Source of the DNA: Solirubrobacterales bacterium
GTDB lineage: Bacteria; Actinomycetota; Thermoleophilia; Solirubrobacterales; JACPNS01
NCBI GenBank assembly: GCA_047605325.1
Contig: JASGFX010000004.1
Coordinates: 14,957 to 78,956 of the forward strand
Length of the DNA: 64,000 nucleotides
Direction of reading: 5' to 3'
Both the position numbers and the translations under genes were made by a program. Positions 49,387 to 59,282 of this stretch are shown here, piece after piece. The number at the start of each line of letters is the position of its first letter. Position 1 is the first letter of the stretch. Under the pieces are notes generated by a model. That model was not told the DNA's origin and ran no database searches. It saw nothing but the letters and a program-made list of their open reading frames with translations.

Positions 49387-50712
49387 ATGGAGGGCAGCTC
49401 GCAAAACGCGTCGGACATCGATCGCGACCTGCGCGCAGCGGTCACGGCGACACGCTATTTCAAGTTGCGGCTGTGGCTGGTGAATCAGCTCTGGATCCCG
49501 GTACTGATGCTGAACCTGCTGGCGGTGGCCCTGTCGTTCGTGCTGCCCCAGGCCGACGATTGGTTCGGTCGCACGGCCCCGATCACCAACTCGGTGATGC
49601 AGTCGCTCTACGCAGCGCTGGCCGGCAGCATGATCACCTTCACCGGCATCGTCTTCTCGGCGCTGTTCATCGCGGCTCAGATCCAGACCTCTGCCTACTC
49701 CCCGCGCCTCGCCGCCCAGTTGCGCGGCGACCCGGTCATCATGGGCACGCTCGTGCTCTCGACGGCGACCGCGGCGTATTCATTGGGAGCGCTGATCTCG
49801 ATCGATCGCCTGCCGGCCGATGACCGCGCTCCGCTGATGACCGTCGGCTTCGGACTCGTACTCGCGCTGGCGACGCTCGCCTGGTTTGCGGCGCTCGTGC
49901 AGCGGGCGTTCGAGAACATCCAGATCGGCGGGATCCTGCGCACCCTCGGCCGCAAGGCGTGGCGAGCGATCGACGACATCCACCCGTCGCCCGAATCGGC
50001 CCAGGTACTCCCGGTGCCGGTTCGGCCGACCGACGGCGCTGTCGCCGAGATCGAGCATCGCGGCAAGCCCGGCGTACTCGCCGCGGTCGACCGCGCGGCG
50101 CTGGTCAAGCTGGCCGAGGTGACCGGCGGATTCGTCGAGGTGCTGCCGCAGGTCGGCGAGTACATCTCACAGCGCAGCGGCGCGGTGCGGATCTACGACG
50201 GCCAGAACGAGCCCACGCGCAAGCAGGTCTCGGCGGTGTTCGTGCTCGCGCGCCAGCGCACACCCGATCAGGACCCCGCCTTCGTGCTTCGCATCCTTGT
50301 CGACATCGCGATCCGCGCGCTCTCGGCCGCGATCAACGACCCGACGACGGCGGTCCAGACGCTCGACCGCGTAGAAGCGCTCTTGATCCGGCTGTACGAG
50401 CGCCACCCCGGGCCGACCTACGTGGTCGACGCAACCGGCAAACCGCGCGGCCTCGTCCACGCACCGACCTGGATCGAATACTTCGAACTGGGCACGACCG
50501 AGGCACGCATCTACGGCGCGAACTCGGTGCAGATCCACCGCCGCCTGCGCGCGATGCACCTGCACCTGCTCGATGTCACCGACGGGCCCGAGCGCGAGCG
50601 CGTCGAACTCGAGATCGAGCAGCTCGACCGCGAGGCCGCGGAGGATTTTTCCGCCCCGCACGACATCGAGCTCGCGCGCGAGCCGGACCGGCTCGGGATC
50701 GGCGGGAGCTAG
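49387..50712 (+). CDS. DUF2254-family membrane protein
   Basis: 441 aa with an N-terminal block of 4 TM helices followed by a soluble domain. Family assignment is from overall pattern recall only. Confidence 0.5.
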   Translation: MEGSSQNASDIDRDLRAAVTATRYFKLRLWLVNQLWIPVLMLNLLAVALSFVLPQADDWFGRTAPITNSVMQSLYAALAGSMITFTGIVFSALFIAAQIQTSAYSPRLAAQLRGDPVIMGTLVLSTATAAYSLGALISIDRLPADDRAPLMTVGFGLVLALATLAWFAALVQRAFENIQIGGILRTLGRKAWRAIDDIHPSPESAQVLPVPVRPTDGAVAEIEHRGKPGVLAAVDRAALVKLAEVTGGFVEVLPQVGEYISQRSGAVRIYDGQNEPTRKQVSAVFVLARQRTPDQDPAFVLRILVDIAIRALSAAINDPTTAVQTLDRVEALLIRLYERHPGPTYVVDATGKPRGLVHAPTWIEYFELGTTEARIYGANSVQIHRRLRAMHLHLLDVTDGPERERVELEIEQLDREAAEDFSAPHDIELAREPDRLGIGGS

Positions 50713-51899
50713 CTGTCGCTCTTCGCGTCGCCCCGCCCAAGCATCCGCAGTGCGAGCGACGGGAAGATCAGCACGGTCAGCACCGCTGCGGTGACCAGCG
50801 CGGCGGCCGTTGCAGGACGCATCCGGTCGTTCTCAAGGCCGATCGTGGTGATCGCGACGACCAGCGGTAGCTGCGTCGAGGCCAACAACGCCATCGGCTT
50901 CAGTTGCTCGCGCGGAAGAACATTGCGGTAGAGCGCCATCACGGGCAGTCCGCGTACGAGCAGCATCAGGAAGAAGAAGATCGGCAACAGGACGATTCCG
51001 CGCGTACTCGAGAACAGCGCGTTGATGTCGAGATTCATCCCGCTGACCACGAAGAAGAACGGAATGAGAAAGCCGAAACCGACGGCTTCCATCTTCGAGT
51101 CGAACACCTCGAAGTCGCCGTCGCCGACGATCAGGCGCATGATCATGCCGGCGGCGAACGCCCCGAGGATCACATCCATCCCGAGCGACCCGGCGATCAC
51201 GACCAGCGCAAAGACGAGCAGCACCGCCAGGCGCACCGGGAGCTGGCCGCTGTTGTCCATGCGAGCGGTGATGAAGTCGAACCAGCGGCTCGCCGCGCCG
51301 GTCGCGGCGATGCCGGTCAACACGGCGACGACGATGAATGCGACCAACAGCACGATCTGCTCAATCGCGCCCTCGGTTGCGGTCAGCAGAACCGTAACGA
51401 TCAGCACTGGTCCGAATTCGCCCACGGCACCGATCGCGAGGATGTTCTTTCCGAAGCCACCCGTCAGGCGACCCTCATCGCGCAGGATCGGGATCAGCGT
51501 TCCGATTGCGGTGGTTACGAGCGCCGAGCCGGTCAACAAGCCCGACCAGACGACGCCGGTCTCCTGCAGGACTGCTGCGATCGAATATGCCAGCCCGAGT
51601 GAGAGCAACCAGCCCCAGCCCGCAAATTTCAGGGGCTCGCCGCGGATCTGCTGCACACGGATCTCGTAGCCGGCGAAGAAGAACAGAAAGCCGAGGCCGA
51701 GCTGGCTGAAGGCGTTCAGCACGTCGTCGACATGGGCGACCTTCAGCACCTGCGGCCCGATGATCACTCCGAACAGCAGCTCGAGCACGACCACTGGCAG
51801 AACCAGGCTGCGCAGGCGCAGCGTTACAAGCCCGGCGACGATTGGAGCGAGCGCCGCAACGAGCAGAACAATCAGAAATGACTGGGTGTTGTCGAACAC
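50709..51899 (-). CDS. cation:proton antiporter (CPA family, Na+/H+ exchanger fold)
   Basis: 396 aa with about 12 TM helices. Glycine-rich helices are typical of PF00999-type exchangers. Confidence 0.7.
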   Translation of the reverse strand: MFDNTQSFLIVLLVAALAPIVAGLVTLRLRSLVLPVVVLELLFGVIIGPQVLKVAHVDDVLNAFSQLGLGFLFFFAGYEIRVQQIRGEPLKFAGWGWLLSLGLAYSIAAVLQETGVVWSGLLTGSALVTTAIGTLIPILRDEGRLTGGFGKNILAIGAVGEFGPVLIVTVLLTATEGAIEQIVLLVAFIVVAVLTGIAATGAASRWFDFITARMDNSGQLPVRLAVLLVFALVVIAGSLGMDVILGAFAAGMIMRLIVGDGDFEVFDSKMEAVGFGFLIPFFFVVSGMNLDINALFSSTRGIVLLPIFFFLMLLVRGLPVMALYRNVLPREQLKPMALLASTQLPLVVAITTIGLENDRMRPATAAALVTAAVLTVLIFPSLALRMLGRGDAKSDS

Positions 51900-52001
51900 G
51901 CCCCGCCCATCCTACGGGCAGCCGTTTTGGACAAATCGGCGACTTGCATCCTTCACAAGTGGATGACGACCGATCAGCGAGTCGCACCTAGAATCCGCCG
52001 C

Positions 52002-53762
52002 ATGGACGGATTCCCGGCCGAGTCCCCCACAGCCACCTCAGCGCGCACCCGAAGGCGTCTCTCGACGCTCGCGCTGGTGCTGCTCGCAATCGCAATGGGC
52101 AGCATGATCCAGGCGATGGGCTGGGCGCAGACATCCAACTACGCGCTCGTCCGCGCGCTCGAGAACGGCAGCGCCGTGATCGACGAGTACTCCTGGGAGA
52201 CGCGGGACACCTCGTACTACAACGGCCACTTCTACAGCGTCAAAGCGCCCGGCATGGCGTTTCTGGTGCTTCCGTTCGACGTCGCGCTGAAGGCCGTCGG
52301 CGTCGATCAACTCGGGCCGAAAATGATCGAGGGAGCGAAGAAGGGCAATGCGCTGCGCTGGGCGCGCGCCGGCGTCCCGAGCGGGATGTACGCCAATTCG
52401 CTGAAACTCGCGCACGAGACCCGGGCTCGGATCACCAACTACACCCCGTTCGTCTGGCTGCTCTCGCTGATCGCCTGCGTGTTGCCTGCGCTCGGGCTGA
52501 TGTTCATCATCCGCGCGATCGGCGATCAACTCGCTCCCGGGATGGGCACGCTGGCGGCGGTCGCCACTGGCGCCGGCACGTTGATCCTCCCCTTCTCCAC
52601 ACTGTTCTTCTCACACGTGATTTCGGCTGCAATGGCGCTCGCCGCGTTCGCGCTGCTCTGGCGGGAGCGCAGATCCGATCAGAAGCTATGGCTGATCTTC
52701 GTCGCCGGACTGATCGCCGGCTTCTCGATCACGACCGAATATCCGCTCGCGCTCGCCGCGGTGATCATCGGTCTCTACGGAATGCTGCGCTTCGGCTGGC
52801 GCGAAAGACGGCCGCTGCTCGAGCGCACGGGTATCTATGCACTCGGGGGACTCCTAGGCGTGCTGCCGCTCGCGATCTACAACCAACTCGCGTTCGGTTC
52901 GATCTCTCACTTCTCGTACACGAACGCCGTCGCGATCCAAGGAGAGAGCGGTCACGAGGTGCTCGGCCTCAACGACGGCGGCTTCTTCGGCATCACCGAT
53001 CCGAAACTCACAAACACGTTCGACCTGCTGTTCTCGGCCAAGGGACTGTTCATCCTCTCGCCGGTACTGCTGATGGCCGCCTACGGGTTGGTGCTGATGT
53101 GGCGCGGCGGACGCAGGCCCGAAGCTGCAGTGATCGGCGCGATCTTCTTCGCCTACCTGGCCTACAACTCCGGATACTGGCTGCCGTTCGGTGGAGGCTC
53201 GCCGGGGCCGCGATTCCTCGTACCCGTGATCCCATTCCTTGGTCTCGCGCTCGCCCCCGCCTTCAAGAAGCTGCCGGCGACGGCCTTCGCCCTGACGCTC
53301 CCCTCGGTCGCGATCATGGCCACGGCGACCGCGACCCTGCCGATGATCGGAAATGGCGACGTCGGGATCTGGCCGCGCCTCGTGCAGATGGTCAACTTCG
53401 AGCAGACCTGGGTCAACGCCTTTGGCGTGGACAACAAATGGTGGGGCATCCTGCCGTTCGTCATACCGCTCGTGGCCGCACTCGCCGTCACGGTCGCGGC
53501 GACCGTACCGGTGCGGATACGACCGCGTGACGCATGGGTCGGGATCGCGGCGGTGACGGCGTGGGCCCTCGTCGCATGCGTGACACCACGTCACCCGGTG
53601 CCGACCACCCCCGGCAACGATCATCCCTTTGCGCCGTTCGTCGTGATCCTCACGATCGCGGCGATCACTTCGATCGGCGCGGCCTCAGTCGCGGACCGCG
53701 CGCACTTCGCCCGTCGCCGGCGCCAGCTCGTAGACGACCAGATCGCCCTGGACTCTGCGTGA
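52002..53762 (+). CDS. large polytopic membrane protein, putative GT-C-fold glycosyltransferase (ArnT/PMT-like)
   Basis: Start uncertain (ATG at 52002 or 51963). The first extracytoplasmic loop has DEYSWETRDTSYYNGHFYSVKAPGMAF, resembling the acidic loop plus aromatic motif of GT39/GT83-like enzymes. More than 10 TM helices. Confidence 0.45.
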   Translation: MDGFPAESPTATSARTRRRLSTLALVLLAIAMGSMIQAMGWAQTSNYALVRALENGSAVIDEYSWETRDTSYYNGHFYSVKAPGMAFLVLPFDVALKAVGVDQLGPKMIEGAKKGNALRWARAGVPSGMYANSLKLAHETRARITNYTPFVWLLSLIACVLPALGLMFIIRAIGDQLAPGMGTLAAVATGAGTLILPFSTLFFSHVISAAMALAAFALLWRERRSDQKLWLIFVAGLIAGFSITTEYPLALAAVIIGLYGMLRFGWRERRPLLERTGIYALGGLLGVLPLAIYNQLAFGSISHFSYTNAVAIQGESGHEVLGLNDGGFFGITDPKLTNTFDLLFSAKGLFILSPVLLMAAYGLVLMWRGGRRPEAAVIGAIFFAYLAYNSGYWLPFGGGSPGPRFLVPVIPFLGLALAPAFKKLPATAFALTLPSVAIMATATATLPMIGNGDVGIWPRLVQMVNFEQTWVNAFGVDNKWWGILPFVIPLVAALAVTVAATVPVRIRPRDAWVGIAAVTAWALVACVTPRHPVPTTPGNDHPFAPFVVILTIAAITSIGAASVADRAHFARRRRQLVDDQIALDSA

Positions 53763-55394
53763 AACCCCGAGGCCGCTGATCGGCTTCTCGGCGGCGCCTG
53801 CCCAGCGGGTTCCGATCAACAGATAGGGATGCAGGACCACGGTGCTGACTTCGAGCCTTCGGAGCGCCGCGATCGACTCGCGGTCGGGGAAGCCCGAGAC
53901 CTCCGCCGTGAGCTGCGTGAACGAGGTCGGATCGATGCTCGCGCGACCGTTCACGATCTTCGGAAAGCCATCGGTCGACCAGTACACGTAGCGCCGGTTG
54001 GCCGCGATCGTGATCGGCAGGTGCAGTTGCGGCTCCGCGATCGCGACGTAGCCGGCCGGCCCGGACGGAGACTTCGGGAACACCTCGCCCGAGAACTCAA
54101 AGGCGATCAGCGCGACCAGCGCACCGCCGAGCGCAAGCGCCCCGGCCGGTCGGCGCAGCGGTTCCGATCGGCGGGCGAGCCAGCCGAGCAGCGCCTGCGC
54201 CCCCGCCGCGGCGAGCAGTGCGAAGATCAGCGAGGTGAGTGTGTACAGCCGCCCGGGCGTGCGCACGCCCTGCCAGCCAGGCGCGAACTCATAGAGCAGC
54301 CGGTACGGCATGTACTGACCGATTCCGCCGGAACGCACGCCGAGCGAAAGCAGCATCAGCACCGCCGCGCCGCCGCCGAGCATCCAGCGGGTCCGCCGGC
54401 TCAGCACCGGCGCCGCGAGACCGGCGACCACAAGCAGCGCGATCACCAGCCCCGGAAAGAGTGTCTGCTCGGCGATCGAGGTGAGGTGCCCGTGGCGGAT
54501 CGAATCGGTCGCCGCTCCCCACACACGGCTGTTCTCCGGCGCCGCGATGAACGACGCGATCGGACCGCTGCCGCGCGAGACGCGCTCGAGACTGCGACCG
54601 GCCTCGGGGTGAGCGTCGAGCACTCGCTGATAAGGCAGCGATAGCAGCACCGCGCTGACCAGAAGGATCAGCCCGCCGCCGATCGTCGCGAGCACAATTC
54701 GCCGCGGCGGCCTGCGCTGCGCTCCCCCGCGCCAGACCCAGACGACCAGGCACGCGCCGAGGAACGCCAGCAGATATCCGAGCTGCAGGCCGAGCGTGAA
54801 GCCGATGCTGACCTGCCACGCCGCGACGACCCAGCCGAACAGGACCATCCTCACACTGCCGGTCCGATATCCGCGCGCGAGCAGAAAGAGCGTCAGCGGG
54901 ATGCCGCCGCTCGAGAGCACGTGAAGGTGCCCGTCCTGCTCGAGCCGCCAGGGTGCGTAGGCGTACGCGGCGCCGGCGACGGCCGCGGCGGCAGGTCGCA
55001 GCCTGAACTCTCGCGCCAACAGATAGGCGCCGGCGAAGGCGAGCGCGTAGGCAAACAGGAACAACAGGTTGTAACGCACGGTCGCCGCCTCCACCCCGCG
55101 CCCGATCATTCCGGCCGGCGCGTAGCCGATCAGCGCGTCGCTGAAGGCGAGCGTGTCCTTCAGCGGCCAAAACTGGTTCGACTGGAAGAACTCGAACGGC
55201 TGATGGAGCAGCGCGTGTCCGCCCCACGCAACCTGCCAGCTCTGCACGATCGGGTCGCCGAGGTCACGTGGAAAAACACTGGCCAGATGCAGCGGCAAAG
55301 GCCAGAAGACGACGCACGCGAGCAGATACGAGCCGCCGGCAAGCAGAAGGATCTCGCGCAGGGTGACGCGAGCGGGATCGCCGGCGGGTTGCAT
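53685..55394 (-). CDS. large polytopic membrane protein, putative GT-C-fold glycosyltransferase
   Basis: 569 aa with many TM helices, an early loop RDLGDPIVQSWQVAWGGHAL and a C-terminal soluble domain. Its 3' end overlaps the convergent gene by 78 nt. Confidence 0.4.
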   Translation of the reverse strand: MQPAGDPARVTLREILLLAGGSYLLACVVFWPLPLHLASVFPRDLGDPIVQSWQVAWGGHALLHQPFEFFQSNQFWPLKDTLAFSDALIGYAPAGMIGRGVEAATVRYNLLFLFAYALAFAGAYLLAREFRLRPAAAAVAGAAYAYAPWRLEQDGHLHVLSSGGIPLTLFLLARGYRTGSVRMVLFGWVVAAWQVSIGFTLGLQLGYLLAFLGACLVVWVWRGGAQRRPPRRIVLATIGGGLILLVSAVLLSLPYQRVLDAHPEAGRSLERVSRGSGPIASFIAAPENSRVWGAATDSIRHGHLTSIAEQTLFPGLVIALLVVAGLAAPVLSRRTRWMLGGGAAVLMLLSLGVRSGGIGQYMPYRLLYEFAPGWQGVRTPGRLYTLTSLIFALLAAAGAQALLGWLARRSEPLRRPAGALALGGALVALIAFEFSGEVFPKSPSGPAGYVAIAEPQLHLPITIAANRRYVYWSTDGFPKIVNGRASIDPTSFTQLTAEVSGFPDRESIAALRRLEVSTVVLHPYLLIGTRWAGAAEKPISGLGVSRRVQGDLVVYELAPATGEVRAVRD

Positions 55395-55426
55395 CGCCAG
55401 AGATTACGGGCGGCGAGAAGTCGGCT

Positions 55427-56020
55427 TCAGGCGGCGCTCAGGCGATAGCCGGCGCAGTGATCGAGAACCCGGCGCCAGAAGATCTCTGCGGCGCGCGCGT
55501 CGTATTCGTCGGGCAGCGAGGAATCCGTGAACAGGTGGCCATCGCCTTCGTAGGCATAGACGTCGACGACAGCGCCGGCCGCGTCGATCGCTGCCGCGAC
55601 CTCTTCGACCGCGCCCGGGTTGCGGTATGGATCGGAATCCATGTAATGGATCTGGCCGCCCACGCCCTCAGGCCAGGCGCCGAGCCCAGCGGCCTCGAGC
55701 GAAGCCGCCCCGCTGAACATCAGAACGCTCGAGACATCGCGCCGACCGGCGATGTGCTGAGCGACCCCGGCACCCATCGAGAAGCCGGCCGCGATGAAGC
55801 CGTCGGGGAGGTGACGCACCTCGCGCACCGCCTTCTCCATGAGTCGCTCCCGGCCCCGGCTCTCCGCAAAGTCAAACGCCTCGCGGTAGTCGTCGAAGAT
55901 CCAGCCGTCGTAGAGGTCGACGATCGTGACCTGATGTCCGCGGAAGCGAAGGATCTCGCCGGCACGGACGACGCCGCGCCTGACGCCAAGAATTGAGGGA
56001 AAGATCGCAACATCGGCCAC
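55427..56020 (-). CDS. dienelactone hydrolase family alpha/beta hydrolase
   Basis: 197 aa. Nucleophile elbow GFSMG and C-terminal GDGHLF are present. Confidence 0.7.
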   Translation of the reverse strand: MADVAIFPSILGVRRGVVRAGEILRFRGHQVTIVDLYDGWIFDDYREAFDFAESRGRERLMEKAVREVRHLPDGFIAAGFSMGAGVAQHIAGRRDVSSVLMFSGAASLEAAGLGAWPEGVGGQIHYMDSDPYRNPGAVEEVAAAIDAAGAVVDVYAYEGDGHLFTDSSLPDEYDARAAEIFWRRVLDHCAGYRLSAA

Positions 56021-56067
56021 GGTTGCCGTTTACCCGTCAATTGCAGGCGGCAACCACGAGCTGCGAG

Positions 56068-57945
56068 TCAGATCTCGAGATTTGATCCGAGGATCACTGC
56101 GCGCTCCTGCGGCAGACGGAAATACGCCGCGGGGTTGCTCGAAATGTGTGTGAGCGCGACGAACAGCGCCTTCTGCCAGCGCGGCATCCCGTCGCCGTCG
56201 CCGCGATGCAGCTCGACGTGAGACAGGAAGAACGTCGCGCGGTAGGCCGAGAGCTTGAAGTCGAACACCCCGGCCGCGTCGATCGCCCGCATCACCTTCG
56301 GCACGTCGGGGACGTCCATGTAGCCGAGCGTGACCGTCACCTGGACGATGCCGTCTTCGTGCTGGCCGGGATCGACGAATTCGAGGATGCCGCCGGGCGG
56401 AAGGTGCGCGGCCGGTGAGGTCTCGAGCGTCAGGACGATCACCCGCTCGGGCAAAGCGTGCATGTGTTTGACGAGTGCTCGCATCGCCAGCGGCGTCGAG
56501 CGCGGATCGCGATCGAGGAAGACCGCGACGCCCGGAGTTCGTGGCAGCGGAGGAACCTGCCGGTCGATCTTGTCGATGAACTCGTCGAGCGATCCCTCGA
56601 GACGATCTCGGCGTTCGGCGACTATGTCGAGGCCGCGTTTCCAGGTCATCATCACGAGGAAGACGATCCCGCCGACGACGAGTGGCAGCCATGCGCCGTG
56701 GAAGAGCTTGATCAGGTTCGCCGAGAGGAAGAGCAGATCGATCGCGACCAGAATCGCGCCCCCGGGGATCACCACCCAGAGCGGCCAGCGCCACTGCTGG
56801 CGCGAGAAGTAGAAGAACAGCAGCGTCGTGGCCGTGATCGTTCCCATCACGGCCACGCCGTAGGCGAACGCCAGCTTGGCCGAGTGTTCGAACACAAGGA
56901 TCAGGGTGATCACCGAGAACATCAGCAGCCAGTTGATCCACGGCACGTAGATCTGGCCGCGCGAGGTGACGGACGTGTGCAGCACACGCAGTCGCGGCAG
57001 GTAGCCAAGGCGAATCGCTTGGTGGGTCACCGAGTAGGCGCCGGTGATAACGGCCTGCGAGGCGATCACCGTGGCCATCGTCGCGAGCACCACGACAGGC
57101 CACTGCGACCACTCGGGACCGAGCAGGAAGAACGGACCCTGGTGCGCCGTCTCCGGGTCGCCGAGGATCAGCGCGCCCTGCCCCATGTAGTTGATCGTCA
57201 GCGCCGGCAGCACGAGCGCAACCCAGCCGATGCGGATCGGCGAGCGGCCGAAGTGGCCCATGTCGGCATAGAGGGCCTCGGCGCCGGTTACGGCGAGCAC
57301 AACCGATCCGAGCGCGAAGAACGCGATCCCGAAGTGGCCGGTGACGAACTCGAATGCGTAGGTCGGCGAGAGCGCCTTGAGGATCTCCGGGTTCTGCGAG
57401 ATGCCGTTGATTCCGAGCGCCGCGAGCGCCAGGAACCAGAGGATCATGACCGGGCCGAACGCTCGGCCGACCTTCTCGGTCCCGAAGCGCTGGAAGGTGA
57501 AGAGGACGGCGATGATCGCCACGGCGATCGGGATGATCAGGTGATCGAGCGATGGCGCGACGACTCCGACCCCCTCGACGGCCGAGAGCACGGAGATCGC
57601 CGGCGTGATCATGCTGTCGCCGAAGAACAGCGACGCGCCTGCCAGCCCGAAGCCGACGAGGAACATGCGGGTGTGCCTCGATCCCTTTGTGCCCTTCGAG
57701 GCGAGCCGCGTGATCAGCGCCATGATGCCGCCCTCGCCGCGGTTGTCCGCACGCATCACGAGCACCACGTAGGTGAGCGTGACGATCGTCATCACCGACC
57801 AGAACACCAGTGAGATCGCGCCCATCAGACTGGTGTCCGTGACCGCGATCGGATGCGGATCGTCGGGACTGAAGATCGTCTGGACCGTGTAGATCGGACT
57901 CGTGCCGATGTCGCCGAAAACGACACCGATCGCACCGAGGATCAA
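56068..57945 (-). CDS. kup: KUP/HAK/KT potassium transporter
   Basis: 625 aa. Signature GVVFGDIGTSPIYT is present. TTG start; the in-frame upstream sequence (HKAAKSA) still looks Kup-like but has no canonical start codon before a TAG. Confidence 0.9.
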   Translation of the reverse strand: MILGAIGVVFGDIGTSPIYTVQTIFSPDDPHPIAVTDTSLMGAISLVFWSVMTIVTLTYVVLVMRADNRGEGGIMALITRLASKGTKGSRHTRMFLVGFGLAGASLFFGDSMITPAISVLSAVEGVGVVAPSLDHLIIPIAVAIIAVLFTFQRFGTEKVGRAFGPVMILWFLALAALGINGISQNPEILKALSPTYAFEFVTGHFGIAFFALGSVVLAVTGAEALYADMGHFGRSPIRIGWVALVLPALTINYMGQGALILGDPETAHQGPFFLLGPEWSQWPVVVLATMATVIASQAVITGAYSVTHQAIRLGYLPRLRVLHTSVTSRGQIYVPWINWLLMFSVITLILVFEHSAKLAFAYGVAVMGTITATTLLFFYFSRQQWRWPLWVVIPGGAILVAIDLLFLSANLIKLFHGAWLPLVVGGIVFLVMMTWKRGLDIVAERRDRLEGSLDEFIDKIDRQVPPLPRTPGVAVFLDRDPRSTPLAMRALVKHMHALPERVIVLTLETSPAAHLPPGGILEFVDPGQHEDGIVQVTVTLGYMDVPDVPKVMRAIDAAGVFDFKLSAYRATFFLSHVELHRGDGDGMPRWQKALFVALTHISSNPAAYFRLPQERAVILGSNLEI

Positions 57946-58056
57946 GGCGCTCTTGGCGGCCTTGTGTGAGTTCTCTTCGGAAGCTTCGATTGCGCGATAC
58001 TCCGCCCGACGGTGGACGGAATCGACCCACCTGAGACCGCAGTAGGGTTGACCGAA

Positions 58057-58842
58057 ATGCCAGAGCTACCCGAAATGACCGCATACCGCGAGAAGATCGC
58101 GGGCGCATTCGAAGGCGCAACGCTCGTCGAATGCGAGTTCACGCCAGATTGCAAGCTCGACGCGCCTGCAGAAGCGGTGACCGCGGCGATTCGCGGCGCC
58201 CAGCTCTCGCAGGTCGAGCGCAACGGCAAAGAACTCTTCCTCCACTTCGCGACCGGCGACACGGTTGCCGTGCATCTGATGCTCGGCGGACGGTTCAACG
58301 TCGCGCCGATCGAAGATGAGCCCCCGGACACGCGCGTCGCGACTTTCAAGTTCGACAACGGCAAGGCCTTGTACGTGCGAGACCGCGACGCCTGGGCGCG
58401 AATCAAGTTCAACCCGGAGGCGCCCAAGGCGCCTGACGCGCTCTCGTCCGAATTGAATGCGGAGTACCTGAAGAAACGCTTGGCCAGGTCTCGCAAAGCA
58501 ATCAAGGCCTTTCTGACCGACCAGGATCGCGTCAGGGGAATCGGCAACGCGTACTCAGACGAGATCCTCTGGGCCAGCCGCGTCGCTCCGCAGTCAACAT
58601 GCAACAAGGTGCCCGACGAGGCAGTGGAGGCTCTGGCCGAGGCGATCCACGAAGTGTTGGCCGAGGCCGTCGAGAACGTCTGCGCGCTGGACGATCCATC
58701 CGACTACCGAAAGGCTCGCCTGCGTGATCTGAAGGTCCACAACCACACCAGAGAGTTCTCACCGGGTGGCGCAAAGATCCAGACCGGCGAGGTTTCAAAG
58801 AGCAAGACTTACTTCACGGACGAGCAGGTCCTGTACTCGTAG
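58057..58842 (+). CDS. Fpg/Nei-family DNA glycosylase (zincless-finger type)
   Basis: Trimmed to the ATG at 58057 (MPELPEMTAY). H2TH motif RGIGNAYSDEILW is present. No CxxC zinc finger at the C-terminus. Confidence 0.85.
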   Translation: MPELPEMTAYREKIAGAFEGATLVECEFTPDCKLDAPAEAVTAAIRGAQLSQVERNGKELFLHFATGDTVAVHLMLGGRFNVAPIEDEPPDTRVATFKFDNGKALYVRDRDAWARIKFNPEAPKAPDALSSELNAEYLKKRLARSRKAIKAFLTDQDRVRGIGNAYSDEILWASRVAPQSTCNKVPDEAVEALAEAIHEVLAEAVENVCALDDPSDYRKARLRDLKVHNHTREFSPGGAKIQTGEVSKSKTYFTDEQVLYS

Positions 58843-58859
58843 TTCGATCGACCCGGGCG

Positions 58860-59282
58860 ATGACGAAAGCGCGGAACAAAACGCAGCCCACGACGTCGTC
58901 GGTCGAGGAGTTCCTGGATGCCGTGGCAGACCAGAAGCGACGCGAGGACGCCTTGGCGCTCTGCTCGATTCTGGAGGCGGCGACCGGCGTCGAGCCGGTG
59001 ATGTGGGGATCATCGATCGTCGGCTTCGGAACGCTTCACTACAAGTACCCGTCAGGACGCGAAGGCGACACCCCGGTCGTCGGTTTCTCGCCGCGCAAAG
59101 CGGCGTTGACGATCTACGGGTTGAAGTCCTACGAGAACAACGCCGAGGCTGTCGAACGGCTCGGTCCGGTGACCACCGGAAAGGGCTGCGTGTACATCAA
59201 GGACCTCGCCGCGATAGACCGCGAGATGCTCGGTCAGTTGGCTCGCGACGCATTCGCCGAGCGTTCGGCTACTCGTACCTGA
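58860..59282 (+). CDS. DUF1801 (YdhG-like) domain protein
   Basis: 140 aa. Pattern [35 protein letters not shown] fits the family. Confidence 0.6.
   Translation: MTKARNKTQPTTSSVEEFLDAVADQKRREDALALCSILEAATGVEPVMWGSSIVGFGTLHYKYPSGREGDTPVVGFSPRKAALTIYGLKSYENNAEAVERLGPVTTGKGCVYIKDLAAIDREMLGQLARDAFAERSATRT

Noticed and set aside
57946-58056. Possible longer Kup N-terminus, since the in-frame upstream residues HKAAKSA look Kup-like
   Set aside because: No ATG, GTG or TTG occurs in frame between the upstream TAG and the TTG at 57945. Only a rare ATC could extend it, so the TTG start was kept.
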